A stretch of DNA of 64,000 nt from Octopus sinensis (Eukaryota), in assembly GCF_006345805.1 (NCBI RefSeq), contig NC_042999.1, positions 116,498,001 to 116,562,000 on the forward strand, read 5' to 3'. This document shows positions 1-13,890 of this stretch, piece by piece (positions within the stretch are counted from its first letter, which is position 1; each line of letters opens with the position of its first letter). The notes beneath the pieces are model-generated. The model worked only from the letters and a program-made list of their open reading frames with translations, searched no databases and was not told where the DNA came from. The position numbers and the translations under genes were made by a program.

Positions 1-1006
1 TCCACAATCTGTTATAAAAGCCCGTGAGAGGAGAAAATTAATGTATCTGTCTTACAAAAAATACAAGATTTTGATCTCATCCAAACGCGAATTGAGGACT
101 GCCCTGAAAAATATTTTAAGGAACGCATCCTTCATTTAAAAACTGAGGATGGGGCGAAATAGTACACGATATGGCTGTCTATAAATTGACTCGGAGGAAG
201 GAGAAACAGATAGGCCACTATCAAAGATTTCAGAAACAATGTCATCCTCTATTTAGTTGTTACCTTTGTGGCACTATATGGACAGGTGATTAGTGCAGAA
301 GTACCATTTGGTGATATGTGGTCTGGTCACCATACAAATCCTCGTGAAAATGGTGTAACAGACAAAAAACTGTGTCCTGCAGAGGGTGCTGAGAGGAAGG
401 CCTTAAAACTCAGTAGACCCAGTTATTTCATATGAGAAAGCAACCCCCATTGAAAAGCTTCAATCCAAAAGGTTGAAAACGACGATAAATCCTGGAGGTT
501 GTCCGCCCTAGGATGACAGCTAGTGAGTCAGCAAATTAAACTGCCCCGCCCTAAAACAAAATGTGAGGTGAAGTACACTTCCCGCAAAGAAGAAAATCTA
601 TTACACCAAGGAAGGAAAACCATGTCCTGTGAGGTAGAAGACGTGGCCCTTCACTTGCCCAATAGAACGCAAGAAGTCATTGGAATCTCAAGCAAAAAAT
701 AATAGAGAAGGAAACAAGGTGTATGTCTTATCGCAGAAGTGGGGGCAGCTTGATCAATTTGGAACTGAAAGTTTTATTTTTATATATATCTTGTTTTAAT
801 TATTGTATATTTTATCATAATTTTTGTATTATTTTTGTATTTTTCTATTTGTATTCTAAATATTTTTTGTATGTATTGTTTTACAAATTTTAAATTCGTC
901 CAATTATATTTTGGATAACATCTTTTACTTCTCCTGTCCCCACCACACACATTAGCTTGTATTTTCTGTATCTTTTCGAACCTTCGTGGCTAATGAAGAT
1001 AATTAT

Positions 1007-1029
1007 TGTTGTTGTTGTTGTTGTTGTTG

Positions 1030-1088
<59 letters not shown>
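1007..1088. repeat. Compound (GTT)n-(TTA)n microsatellite, the tail/target of the adjacent retroelement
   Basis: Seen directly. Confidence 0.95.
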
Positions 1089-1089
<1 letters not shown>

Positions 1090-1091
<2 letters not shown>

Positions 1092-2170
1092 TAGTTTTAT
1101 TTTTATAGCGTGCTTTCACTTCACTATCGAGCGCAGCTCTGTGTGCCTTGGGTATGTGCTGTGATTTGTTGTGATGCTCTGATGGTTATTGTATGGAAAG
1201 TGTTCTGCGTAGGATGTGTGCAGTGCCTAGTAGTGCAATTTTCTGTATGTTATATGTGTTTGTAAGTCCTGGTGTTTTTGATATGTATTTGTCTGAATAT
1301 TTTTTTATCATGCCTAATGCACCTACTATGATAGGAATTGTTTCTGTTTTCAGATTCCACATTCTAGTTACCTCTATTTCCAGGTCTTTGTATTTTGAGA
1401 GTTTCTCCATTTCTTTTAGAGACACGTTGTCATCTGCCGGTATTGATACATCAATTAGAAAGCATTTTTTTTTCTTCATGATCTCTGACAAGTATATCTG
1501 GTCTGTTGGCCTTAATTTCTCTATCTGTGTGTATCGGCATATCCCAGAGTATGGTTACTTTCTCGTTTTCTGTGACCTTTTCTGGTGTGTGCCTATACCA
1601 TCTTTTTTCTGTTGTTATTCCATAATGTTGGCATAGCTTCCAATGTATGTAGGTTCCAACTCTGTCATGTCTGTGAATATATTCCTTCTTAGCCAGGACT
1701 GGGCAGCTAGAGATAATATGATTTATTGTTTCTTGTCCATCTCCACATATTCTGCAGTTACTTGTAATATTTCTTTTCATTACATGTTTTTGGTAATTTC
1801 TGGTGGGGAGGCTTTGGTCTTGTGCTGCAATTAAAAATCCCTCTGTTTCTGCTTTGAGTCCTGAGCTTCTCAACCATTGCTGGGATTTTTCTTTGTCTAT
1901 TTCTTTTGCGTTTAGTTTAGTCCAGTATTTACCATGAAGGGGCTTTTCTTGCCATCGTTTTATCATGGTTCGTTGCTGTTCTATTTTTAGTTTGGATTTC
2001 ATTTGTTTTATAGCTTTTGTTGTTTCTTCATCTTCTTCTTCTTGTTCTTTATATTTATTAGGTGGTATGATTTCTTGTTTGTATTTGTCAGCTTCCTTAA
2101 ATACTGAGAACAGTTTTTTGTTTTGCTCGTGTTTTGCCGCTATTTGTATCAGTTTTCCTTCCTTCTGAAG
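1090..2170 (-). mobile_element. 5'-truncated R4/Dong-like non-LTR retrotransposon: ORF C-terminus (CCHC knuckle + restriction-like endonuclease), 3' UTR and (TAA)n tail
   Basis: ORFs 1451..2299 and 1186..1491 join across a frameshift at the T10 run (~1464-1473). They read ETEGFLIAAQDQSL, CRICGDGQETINHIISSC, RHD, NRPDI...FLIDVSIP...EKLSKYKDL and IVGALG...LLGTAHILRR. (TTA)n lies on both sides. Confidence 0.9.
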
Positions 2171-2589
2171 TAGATATTTTATTATTATTATTATTGTTAT
2201 TATTATTATTATTATCATTATTATTATTATATAAGGGTAGCGAGCTGGCAGAATTGTTAGCGTGTCGGGCAAATTGCTGAATGACATTTCTGAGTTCAAA
2301 TACCAACTAGGTCGACTTTACCTTTCATCATTTAGCGGAGTCGATGAAATAAGTACCAACTGAGCACTGGGGCCAATGTAATCGTTTAACCCTCCCCAAA
2401 AATTTCAGGCCATGTGCCAGTAGAAAAATAAATATTATCATTAAAGTTATTACTTTGTTGTATTGGTGTTATGGCCGGTTTAAGTATGTTACCTACTGAA
2501 TCCCAGCCTGTAGTCTTAGACAAGGAGCATTTTGTGGTTTCTCTATAAAATGTTTTCCTGTTCTTTATGTTTGCTCTTGCTTTATACTG

Positions 2590-3480
2590 AGAACTTACCC
2601 GAATTTGCTCCCTGAACCAAATAAACGTGTTTTATGTGCCCGATCCCAGATTAAGATCAAGTTTTTCAAGACTTGCTCTCAAATTCTTAGTCACTCTTCC
2701 TAGTGCTTCAATGATAATTGTTACGATCATAAACTTATTAATCTGTTTGTTCTAGCTTTATTTCATACTTTAAGTTAGTATACTGGTTAACTCTAACGTC
2801 AACAGAACATACCACATCGATTACAATATATAGTTTCTTCTTAACAACGACTTCAACATCCGGATTGTTGCATTCTATTCTTAATCTTTTACGGGAGTTT
2901 TATGGGAAAGTCTATTAACAATCTCACTTTATCATTTTCAAGGGCTTTCATTTTTATTCGTACAAAATGGTTTTAGTTCTTTTCTTTGTATGCAAAACCA
3001 TATTCCCTGCAATAATTCCACTGAATTATTGCAGCAATTTTTTCATGCCTACATTTTTTGCATTTTTATTGTCAACATTTCGATACGATACAAGCTATTG
3101 TATCATCCGAATCACCGCATATGCAACATTGAAACAAATGGCCCGGCGAATCAATCATCCTTTTTATTTAATCCACGCCCAGAGACTATTCCTGTGCTGC
3201 TAAATCCTTCCTCCAGGCCTTTTTTTAAATTTTGTTAAAACTCCATTTTTTAAAACCAGAGCCAACTTTCCTTACCACCTTTCATTTCTGTTGTGCTGAA
3301 AAACCCGAATGAATGTTCTTTCCATCAAAGTCTGATGAACTCTTTTCTATATCTTCCCATTTTACCTACAAATTCTGTCTATCACCCATTACTTATTTCG
3401 TACTTAAGGCGAATTTCTTTCTTCGTTCTTTTAAATAAAAACATATACTTATCTTTTCTAATTCTACTACCGCATCGTTA
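2590..3480 (-). pseudogene. Older, heavily decayed R4-like ORF remnant (zinc knuckle + REL endonuclease)
   Basis: Manual minus-strand translation gives CCICGDSDDTIACIVSKC, RHEKIAAIIQWNYCREYG, NPDVEVVVKKKLYIVIDV and IIIEALGRVTKNLRASLEKL, with stops. Confidence 0.7.
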
Positions 3481-3559
3481 ACCATCAGCTCTTTTTCAGT
3501 ATAACTAGTCTACATCTGAACGGCTAGTCATATGTTTCGTTGTATGTGTATGTACGCGC

Positions 3560-3593
<34 letters not shown>

Positions 3594-3855
3594 AGGCGCA
3601 ATGGCTAGGACAGCGGACTCGTGGTTGTAGGATCGCGGTTTCGATTCTCAGACCGAGCGTTGTGAGTGTTTATTGAGCGAAAACACCAAAAGCCCGGAAA
3701 CAGCTGTAAGATCTTCTATTTATAAATGTTCTAAAATCTTCACAGCCTTGATCTTTTATCTCATTCTGAAAAAAAATTATATATATAAGTACGTATATAT
3801 AACTATATATAGAACGTGTATGTGTGTGTGTATTTGTGTGTGTTTGTGTATTTGT

Positions 3856-3903
<48 letters not shown>

Positions 3904-3976
3904 GACCATGTAGAGTCCACACCTTGTTGGCTCGTCTTACAGGAGATTGCAAACAAGAATGAACTGCGTTGTGGAT

Positions 3977-4041
<65 letters not shown>

Positions 4042-4384
4042 TGGTGATAGTGGTGGCGGCGGTGGTAGTATTGCTATTATCGTCACAAACGTTTTTGTTG
4101 CTGTTTCATCCATTGTAAATCAAAAAAAAAAAAGGAAAAGGAAAAAAAGAAAGTCGCCAGCGGTAGAAACTAGTGATATTAAAATGGTATTGTGTTTAAC
4201 AACAAATACAAATAAATAAACAAACAAACACAAACAAACAACAAAGGTACAATTCTAAACAGCAAAAATACAAATACATGTTCACTGCACTACCTTTTCA
4301 GTGGCCAAAAGCTCCTTGATCAGTGTTCCAAAGTTTAGAGGAGTGGTTTTATATCATGAAAGGTATTATATATTACAAAAGTTA

Positions 4385-4440
<56 letters not shown>

Positions 4441-4587
4441 ATAAATAGACGGGAAGAGAGGGGGAGAGAAAGTGGGAGAAGGAGAGGAAGCGAGTACAAG
4501 GCAACAAAGCATTTAGGTATATAAATAACACCACTAGGACACGTTCATGTCACGTACAGAAGAGTGGGTGGTCACGCATGTGCCTTC

Positions 4588-4627
<40 letters not shown>

Positions 4628-4763
4628 TGTGTGGTGTGTGTGTTTGTGTGTGTGTATGTGTATGTGCAGATACACACACATACGTATACATATATGTACA
4701 TATATGTATCTACATAAATGCGTACATACACCTATATATGCAACCATGTATATGTATATATCT

Positions 4764-4817
<54 letters not shown>

Positions 4818-4832
4818 GTCTATCTATCTATA

Positions 4833-4935
<103 letters not shown>

Positions 4936-5311
4936 CTCTCTCTCTATATATATATACATACTTTTGAGTGTGTGTGGTGTGTGTGTGTGTGCTTACGTGT
5001 GTGCATTTTCAGGGTGCGCCTAGAGGTGGATACAGCTATAAATAATATCATGCCATGAAATTGGTTAAAAAAAAAACTATTTCAGCCGGGAAAAAAAATC
5101 GGAGGCTACGGGACATTCAGTCTCTTTTTCTGTAACTATGACATCCTAGGTTGTTTTTTTAAAAATATTTTACCAAAGATTTCACATGCTATTATTTATA
5201 GCTGGATTCACTTCCAGACTCACTCTGCTCATACCTCCTCGAAGCTTCTATATTTTCATTATGCCTATGTATGTGTGTGTTTGTTCGGGTTTGCGCGCGC
5301 GCGCGCACGCA

Positions 5312-5347
<36 letters not shown>

Positions 5348-5614
5348 TTTTTTCTTTTACTTGTTTCAGTCATTGAACTGCGGTCATGCTGGAGCATTAC
5401 ATTGAAGGGGTTTTTGTAGAAAAAAATCGAGTCCAGTTCTTATTTTTTTAAAGTCTGGTACTTAATCTATCGGTCTCTTTTGCCGAATCGCAAAGTTATG
5501 AGGGACGTAAACAAACCAACATCGGCTCTCAAGCTGAAGTGGGGGGACAAACACACACATACATACTTGCATATATACATACATGCATATATACATACAT
5601 ATGTATATATATAC

Positions 5615-6390
5615 ATACAATATTTCCAAGATTTATGCTAAAAGTATTAACAATGCCAAAAAAAGCTGGAATTAATAACAACATTTTCAGCTGATATAGG
5701 AATGAAACTTGGCCAGAAGAAATGTTTTATATTTGATTGTCGATCTGGAGAAATCATTCCCCCAGACACAAAACTTGTACATCAATGGTCTCACTATCTC
5801 TCCTGTCCCACACAAAGAATGTTACAAGTACCTAGGCATTGATGAAAATGTATCATACAAAGGTATTGTGAGGAAGCAACCATACTCAGGGATATGCCAA
5901 TACAATTAGGTAGGACAACAAGGCTAATAGGCCGGATATAGTTGTCAGAGATCACCAAGAAAAAAGATGCTTTCTAATCGATGAATCAATACCAACAAAT
6001 AACAATTTTCTTTTCTTTAAAAGAAATGAAGAAACTTTCAAAATACAATGATCGGGAAATAGAGGTAACCCGATTGTAGGGACTAAAAACAGAAATAATT
6101 CCTATCATAGTAGGCGCATTAGGAATGATAAAAAAAATATTCGGACAAATACATAACAAAAATACCAGGATTAACAAGTATAACACACAGAAAATAGCAC
6201 TACTAGACACCGCACACATCCTACGTAAAGCACTTTCAATACAGTAAAAGTAAGAGCATCATAAACCACAGCATATACTCAAGGCACATTACAGTAAAAA
6301 TGAGAACATTACAACAAACCACAGCACATACCCAAGGCACACAGAACTGCGCTCGGTAGTGCAGTAAAGGCACATGATAAAATAAGACTA
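5615..6390 (+). mobile_element. Internally deleted R4/Dong-like copy (RT C-terminal piece fused to REL end and 3' UTR), same family as 1090-2170 in opposite orientation
   Basis: FSADIGMKLG and YKYLGIDEN, then ANRPDIVVRDH..CFLID..IIVGALGMIK..TAHILRK. The 3' UTR matches 1090-1190 and contains a duplicated AAACCACAGCA..CAAGGCACA. Confidence 0.85.
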
Positions 6391-6394
6391 AAAG

Positions 6395-6839
6395 GATGGG
6401 CTACAACGAATATTCTGCTCAGTACCACAGATTTGCTTGCCAGTTGTTTGACCTTAACCAGTTGAGCATGACCCTTAGTGGATGATAATATGTGCTTCTC
6501 TGATCATAAGCAGAAGTAGTGGGTGAGCATCATAGCCATGTGTTGAGAGGAATTCTTGGTGGTTTGGATAATTCACCTTTGGAAACATGGGTGGTTCGTT
6601 CAATATCCTTAAACAATCCTTATTCAGGGACCTTTTGATCGGGATGGGCTACTCGACAGAAGAAAATTCTAACTGGGCCCCCACCTGCAAGGTCATGCGC
6701 ACATATGATTGTCGCGCACATATGGTTGTGATGCATGTGCTTGGTGTACCTTTATCAGACGGATAGTCGTGATGGGTATACTGGGCTTCGTATATTTTAC
6801 CCCAATGTCACTTTGATGGCATGCACTGCTCTCTCACTC

Positions 6840-6898
<59 letters not shown>

Positions 6899-6911
6899 TA
6901 ATAATAATAAA
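6395..6911 (+). mobile_element. Interspersed repeat (probable retroelement 3' end or SINE) with (AAT)n tail
   Basis: Complex ~440-bp sequence ending directly in (AAT)n at 6840-6911. It resembles a repeat I recall from octopus DNA (not verified). Confidence 0.5.
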
Positions 6912-7555
6912 TTTGACCCAATGCCAACATGTTTAGGACAGGGGTAGGCCTCAATTGGTATTTGTTTTATCCTCCGAAACGATGAAAATCAAAGTCGATC
7001 TAAAGACAAACGAAATGCCACAGAGCATTTTGCTCGGTATGCTAATGATTCTTTTCTACTCTAGCCACAAGGCCCGAAATGTTTTTGAGGAGGAGGCCAG
7101 TCGATTAGATCGACCTCAGTACGCAACTGGTACTTAATTTATCAACCCCCGAAAGAATGGAAGGCAAAGTCACCCTCGGCAGAATTTGAACTCAGAACAT
7201 AAAGACTGTCGAAATACCGCTAAGCATTTAATAAGGCGTTCTAGCGATTCTGCTAGCTCGCCGCCTAATAAGAATGATGACGATGATGATAATGATCATG
7301 ATCATGATGACGACGGCGATGGTTTCTGGATATTCACTTTCGTTCTGGCCTTACAATTCATTGTCCTTAGTCAACCATATAATTTTCTTGTTTGATTGCA
7401 AACCTCAACACACCCAGAACTTTAACACCACCTCATCCACTCCTCGATCATTGCGACTTCTCAGCGAGTTAACTACTTGTTGCTCTACTTCACGCACACA
7501 CTTGTGGCGGATATCCACTTCTTGGGTGTGTCTACTAATGAATACATACATATAC

Positions 7556-7596
<41 letters not shown>

Positions 7597-8342
7597 TGTA
7601 TATATTATGTGTGCATGAATGAATGTATGTATCTACGTATATAAAAAGACAGAAAACTTTATTGTATTCTCTGCTTAAGCTAAAGGCATTGTGGCAACTG
7701 TTAAATATACTTTTACTGTTTATCATGATACAAAACAACAAACGCGGCACCGATATTTATTTCATTGCAAAGCTGTTTATTCCTGCTGTTTATTAGATAC
7801 TTGACAGCTATTTTCTTTTTTTTTCTTTCTTTTTCTTTTTTTTTTTTTTGCTTGTTTGTTTTCTATGTGCTTTATTTTTTCTTCTTCTCCAAGCAATTAA
7901 TCTTAACACTCTCTGATGTATTAAATGCCTTCTCATCTTTAATATGTTTTTTGTTGTATGTATTAGGGTGTGTGTGTGTGCGTGTGCGCGCGTGTGTGTG
8001 TGTGTGTGTCTGTGTGTCTGTGTGTGTGTGTGTGAGGTAGTTAAGAATCTTCTTTTGCAACCTCTTGATGTCGAGTTCAGTCTCACTGTGCCTTACTTTG
8101 GGCAAATGTCTTAAGCTACATACCACTGGCTTCCGCACAGTTTCTAGCAAATTCACTCAATGCGCTTGGTCGGCCCGAGGCTATAGTTTAAGATATCTGA
8201 ACATGAAATCAAGTGGTTGCAAAAGTAGAATCTTAACTACCTCTCTATCTCTCTTTTCTCTCCCTCTCTTTCTCTCTCTCTCTCTTTCTCCCTCTCTTTT
8301 TTCTCTCTCTCTTCTCTTCCTCTCTTTCTTCCTCCCTCTCTT

Positions 8343-8373
<31 letters not shown>

Positions 8374-8417
8374 TATATATATATATATGCATGCACACAC
8401 GCACACACACATGTAAT

Positions 8418-8843
8418 ACTCTTTTACTTGTTTCAGTCATTTGACTGCGGCCATGCTGGAGCACCGCCTTTAATCAAGCAACTCGACCCCGGGACTTATT
8501 CTTTGTAAGCCCAGTACTTATTCTATCGGTCTCTTTTGCCGAACCGCTAAGTAACGGGGACATAAACACACCAGCATCGGTTGTCAAGCAATGCTAGGGG
8601 ACAAACACAGACACACAACACACACACGCATATATATATATATATATCTATATATATATATATATTATATATATATATATACATATATACGACGGGCTTC
8701 TTTCAGTTTCCGTCTACCAAATCCACTCACAAGGCTTTGGTCGGCCCGAGGCTATAGTAGAAGACACTTGCCCAAGTGGGAGTGAACCCGGAACCATGTG
8801 GTTGGTAGACAAGCTACTTACTACACAGCCACTCCTGCGCCTA
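8418..8843 (-). mobile_element. tRNA-derived SINE family A, full length
   Basis: Head GCAGGAGTGGCTGTGTGG..GGTTC, central CCTTGGGCAAGTGTCTT, internal TA/CA microsatellite and AAAGAGT tail. Many copies in the window. Confidence 0.88.
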
Positions 8844-9144
8844 TGTAGATAAATACACACGTACTGTAGATAAATACACACATACATGCAAACACACTAT
8901 GCACACGTACACACACACACACACACACACACATACTTACATTTCACCTCTGCAACAATGACATTTTCATTATAATTCTTCATCATTGCTGACTCCCCCA
9001 CCCCAGGCATTTGCACCCAATCAATCTCTTACAGCAGGGCATCGCTTGATTCGAATGTTTTCAAGCGCTCATCCCACGTTCTCTACACTTCAGCTTTGGT
9101 GAGCCAAATATTTTCCATACGAGTCACATGTATCATCAAATATA

Positions 9145-10414
9145 CAGGGATTGGACAAAATTATGGAAACACCTTAAAATTTCAAACAAATTAATTTTAA
9201 TATGGGGGAGGACCGCCTTTGGCAGTAAATACAGCTTGAATTCTTCGAGGTATGGACTCGTACAAAGTTTGAATTGATTCCAAAGGAATTTTTGTCCATT
9301 CTTCAGCTAAAATAGTCTCCAGTTCTTATAGTGATGATGGTGGAGGATATCGACTCCTTACTTGTTTTTCTAAAATGTACCATAAATGTTCAAAAATATT
9401 GGGACTGTGGTGGCCAGTTAAGATGTTCAACTTCACTAGAATGTTCCTCGTGCTATCCAGTAACAAGTTTAGCTGTTTGAATTGATGCATTATCATCCTG
9501 AAAGATTGCGTTTCCCTCCGGAAACAGTTCCGCGACCATAGGATGAATTTGATCAGATAAAATGCTTAAATAGTCTTGACTATTAATTCTGCCATGAATG
9601 GAAACCAATAGGCCAACGGATTTCTGAAATGTACCCCCCCCCGCCCCGCCAGATCACCAGAGATCCTCCTCCATGTTTAACAGTTGGAAGAACGCAGTCT
9701 GGGTCCCATGCTTCTTTTGGATGTCTTCACACGTATACTCGGCCGGTAGTCGGAAATAAGGTAAAGGATGACTCGTCCGAGAAAATAACATTCTTCCACG
9801 GCTCTAGAGACCAATTTTGTAAGTTTTTACTCCACTTTAAACGCTTTGCAACGTTTGTTTTTGAAAGTAGTGATTTCTGATTGCAGCACTCCCGTGAAAT
9901 CCGGATTTGTGCAGCTCCCGGCGAACAGCTTTTGTGGACTGGGTTCTCGTGGTGGTCATTCAGTTCTGCAGTAATTTTGGGAGCTGTACTTTTGTGATCC
10001 TTTCTAACAATTCACGTAATAGTCCGACGGTCCCTATCTGAAAGTTTTGGTTTACTTCCGAGTTTTGTTTCGACGAGGAGATTTTTCCCTCTTTCTCAAA
10101 GGCTGTCATTACTTTCGTGACAGTACTTTTTGATACACTAAACATTTCGGCTGTTTTCGTTACACTCGCGCCTGCCATACGAACACCAACAATTTGACCT
10201 CCTTGAAAGTCCGATAGATCTGTCATTTTAATGAATTTTAATTACCTTTTTCTGATTATATCTGAAAAGAAACAGCAATTTTAGCTAAACATATTAAGCA
10301 ACACTAATAATAAATCAAAAAACATAAAAATAAACAAGCTTTTGACGGTTTTATAGATATTTCAAAATTTGATGGTATGATGCTAGGTGTTTCCATTATT
10401 TTGTCCAACCCCTG
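9145..10414 (-). mobile_element. Full-length Tc1-family DNA transposon (~1270 bp) with inactivated transposase
   Basis: TIRs CAGGGATTGGACAAAATTATGGAAACACCT and CAGGGGTTGGACAAAATAATGGAAACACCT (reverse complement). TA at 9143-9144 and 10415-10416. Confidence 0.93.
9197..10226 (-). pseudogene. Tc1-like transposase pseudogene (~340 codons, frameshifts and stops)
   Basis: MTDLSDFQGGQIVG (HTH), WKNVIFSDESSF, FQDDNA, WPPQS..NIFEHLW and a C-terminal SIPRRIQAVFTAKGG. Confidence 0.9.
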
Positions 10415-10765
10415 TATGTTCAATTCTGGCAGAACTGATCTAGTACTAGGCATGGTCTCCTGGTTGGAGATGATCATGGATGCACATATCACGGCACTTA
10501 TTAGAGGATTTTAGCCTAGATAGGTTTCACCAGCCATTTATTCATACTTGAGCGTGGATATACATTCTACATATCACAGTATCTGCCATGATCTCAAGTG
10601 CAGCCCTCACAAAGATTGCAAATAACGTTGGAATGAGTGTAGACTTCGGTAGTGGCAGATCGTAGATAAAATTAGTGTGGGGGTGCTACTTCAGAAAATT
10701 TTTTAGCCCTTGTTTTAATATTGTGTAAAAGGAAACAAACACATAAAGAAAATTTATACATAAAC

Positions 10766-11160
10766 AGGCGCAGGAGTGGCTGTGTGGTAAGTAGCTTGCT
10801 AACCAACCACAGGGTTCTGGGTTCAGTCCCACTGCGTGACATCTTGGGCAATTGTCTTCTGCTATAGCCACGGGCCGACCAATGCCTTGTGAGTGGATTT
10901 GGTAGACGGAAACTGAAAGAAGCCTATCGTATATATGTATGTGTGTGTTTGTGTGTCTGTGTTTGTCCCCCTAGCATTGCTTGACAACCGATGCTGGTGT
11001 GTTTACGTCCCCGTCACTTAGCGGTTCGGTAAAAGAGACCGATAGAATAAGTACTGGGCTTACAAAGAATAAGTCCCGGGGTCGATTTGCTCGACTAAAG
11101 GCGGTGCTCCAGCATGGCAGCAGTCAAATGACTGAAACAAGTAAAAGTGTAAAAGTGTAA
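10766..11160 (+). mobile_element. SINE family A, full length
   Basis: Colinear with 8418-8843 in opposite orientation. Confidence 0.88.
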
Positions 11161-12292
11161 ACTTGATCGGTTCGCGTTTTAGCCACTGTCGGGGAGTGTG
11201 TTTAATTTACTCACTGAACACCACTGCGAATTACCCCTTATTTTTAAAAAATCCCCCCCTAAATCACAAAATAAGCGGGGAAATGAGCCCTATTTTTCAA
11301 ATCCTGGCAGCAACACATAGCTGGAAGCAGGATTATTTAATTCTACACTTTATCACATTCAAGCATATAAACACATTTTTAAGCACAACACACGCAGAGT
11401 CAAAAAGAAACACCAGCACATCGGGGTCAGTACTGCGTGAATGACTGTGCTTTCTCTGTCTCTCTCTCTCTCTCTCCTTAGCGTGAAGCTTCCTATCTCG
11501 GACATGTGAGAATGTGCACGACAGTCAAATACCGCATCGCTGGAACCGTGAAGCGCACACTTCTATACGAGGAATTTTGTATTTTTTCATAAACTAGGAG
11601 ATGGCTACGGACATTAAGTTTAAGGATTATATAATGAAGAAAGAATTAAAGAAAAAAAGGACTCATTATATTGAATGTCATCGATAATATCGAGTTGAAA
11701 TAGGGGGTGCTGCATTTCCGCAGCGCCTATACACGAGCCGCCACTGAAACTCGGCATTATTCTATGAAAAAACGGTAAGTCGAACTGTTGCTCCTAAGAG
11801 AGATAATGACAGGCAGATCATCGTGGAATTGTCGTCCCTCTCTCCTTGGTGGCAAACAACTGTGCTATCGACTTCTCCATTTCTTCAGAGTAAATTCTGG
11901 AGAAAATAATTGCTCTGACAACTGTAAAAAGTGTTACCACGGATTTGCTCTTGAAAGCCGGAATGACTTTCCTTGTTTGGATGCACCAAATTCGCGATTT
12001 TATATCTTTTGACAAATTCTGGAAAAGACTATCATCATTATCGTCGTTTTCCCACATAAGCACATACACATATACCTACATATACATACATACACATTCC
12101 TAAACATACATATATACGTACTATACACACATGTTTGTATAGATACATGCATCTCTCTCTCTCTCTCCCTCTCTCTCCCTCTGTCGTTCTCTCTTCCTCT
12201 ATACATACACACACGCATACATAAATACACATATATATATACATCCATATTACATACTGCCGGAAGTTACTGTCACTGATACGACTGATGAG

Positions 12293-12367
<75 letters not shown>

Positions 12368-13444
12368 CATCTCTCTATCTGTGTCTGTCTGTCTAACTCT
12401 CAGTTTGTCTGACTGTCTGTCTGTCTGTCAACATACATGTGTCTGTTTGCATATGTGTATGTTATATGTGTGAGCGCGAGTGTGCGTGTATGTGTGTGTG
12501 TGGGGGGGGGACGCGCGTACCTGTTTCTGCATGTTGATATAAACATACACATTTACATATGTATATTCACACAATCTTTCTCCTGCTCGAATCTCTCAGA
12601 CTTTCGTATGTATTTCTGTCTCTCTCTCACCCACCCCTAACCATCCCTTTATCTCTCTCACCACACACACTCACACACACACGCACACAAACAACACAAA
12701 CACACACACACACACACATACACACACACACACACACAACCCTTTCTCTTTCTCTGACACACATAGACATGTACAACCACTACATTCATGTGTGTACGTG
12801 ATAAGGGATGTATCTCCATATGTATTTATCTATATGTCTACCTACCTATCTAATTATATATGTATTTATGTCTGCTCTTTATTCTTAACACTTTTTTAAT
12901 GTCTGTAGTCGGTCTGAACAAAAGTATAAGTCTATTTTACTGGATGTCAGACAGCAGTAATTGTCAAATGTTAAAGCTTTGTAAAAATTTCTGTAGATTT
13001 CCACTGTCCCGTTGATGGACTGTCTTCGCCGAATTTGGGTTAACCATCTCTGCCGATTCCGTGAGAAAATCAGTTCCTCAAGGTTAATATATGCATATTT
13101 AGCAGGGCGACTAAGTGCAGCTATGATCTATCCAAAGATATTGTAACTGTTATTCTAATGCTGAACTATAGTCGAAATACGTTACTTACTGCCGCTTCCA
13201 TTTCGTACATGGAAAAAATTTCTCGCGTTTTTCTTTTTCGTCTATATTTTTCAATATCATAAAAACTGCATCAACTGTATAAATGAATGAGCTTCATAAT
13301 GGTTCACCACCAGTGCATCCCGACGTAGGTGATCCTACACTGAAGTATGCAGGGAAGATCCATTAGGGATTCCAGCCCTATCCATTGTAGTGTAATGGTA
13401 TTCAGCTAGATCGCCTGGTGGATCTAGCTGAACTGGATGCTGCT

Positions 13445-13890
13445 TAACGACGTATCCAGTATCTTGCCAGTGAGATACCAATAACAAAAAGGATTGGAGA
13501 ACTTTCTCACTGTAAAGATCTGCAAATTGAAATCACAAAAATGTGGAAGCTTAGTACTACAATAACACCAGTAGTAATTGGGGATGATAAAAAAAGGGAG
13601 CTGAGAAGTACATTAAGCAACTCCCTGGTAACTCCAGTTTCCGTGAACTACAAAAAATAACCTTGATGTGTACAGCCCATATGCTACGGAAGGCACTCTC
13701 CATCTAAAATGAAATAAATGAGGTGATAATTTTCGCATGCATAGCAAAACGAAAGTACCCTTGCTGCTCTTGGCCTCCGGAGGATGCCCGGTACTAAGGC
13801 AGCTGAAATAAAGTTATAATGAAAGGAAACCATAAATAATAATGATGATGATGATAATAATAATAATAGTAATAACAACAACAACAATTT
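13445..13890 (+). mobile_element. R4/Dong-like 3' fragment (REL C-terminus, 3' UTR, AAT/GAT tail)
   Basis: KDLQIEITKMWKL..PVVIG..MIKKGAEKYIKQLPG..ELQKITLMCTAHMLRKALSI*. Confidence 0.8.

Noticed and set aside
1193-1636. 147-aa plus-strand ORF
   Set aside because: Antisense shadow of the retrotransposon endonuclease.
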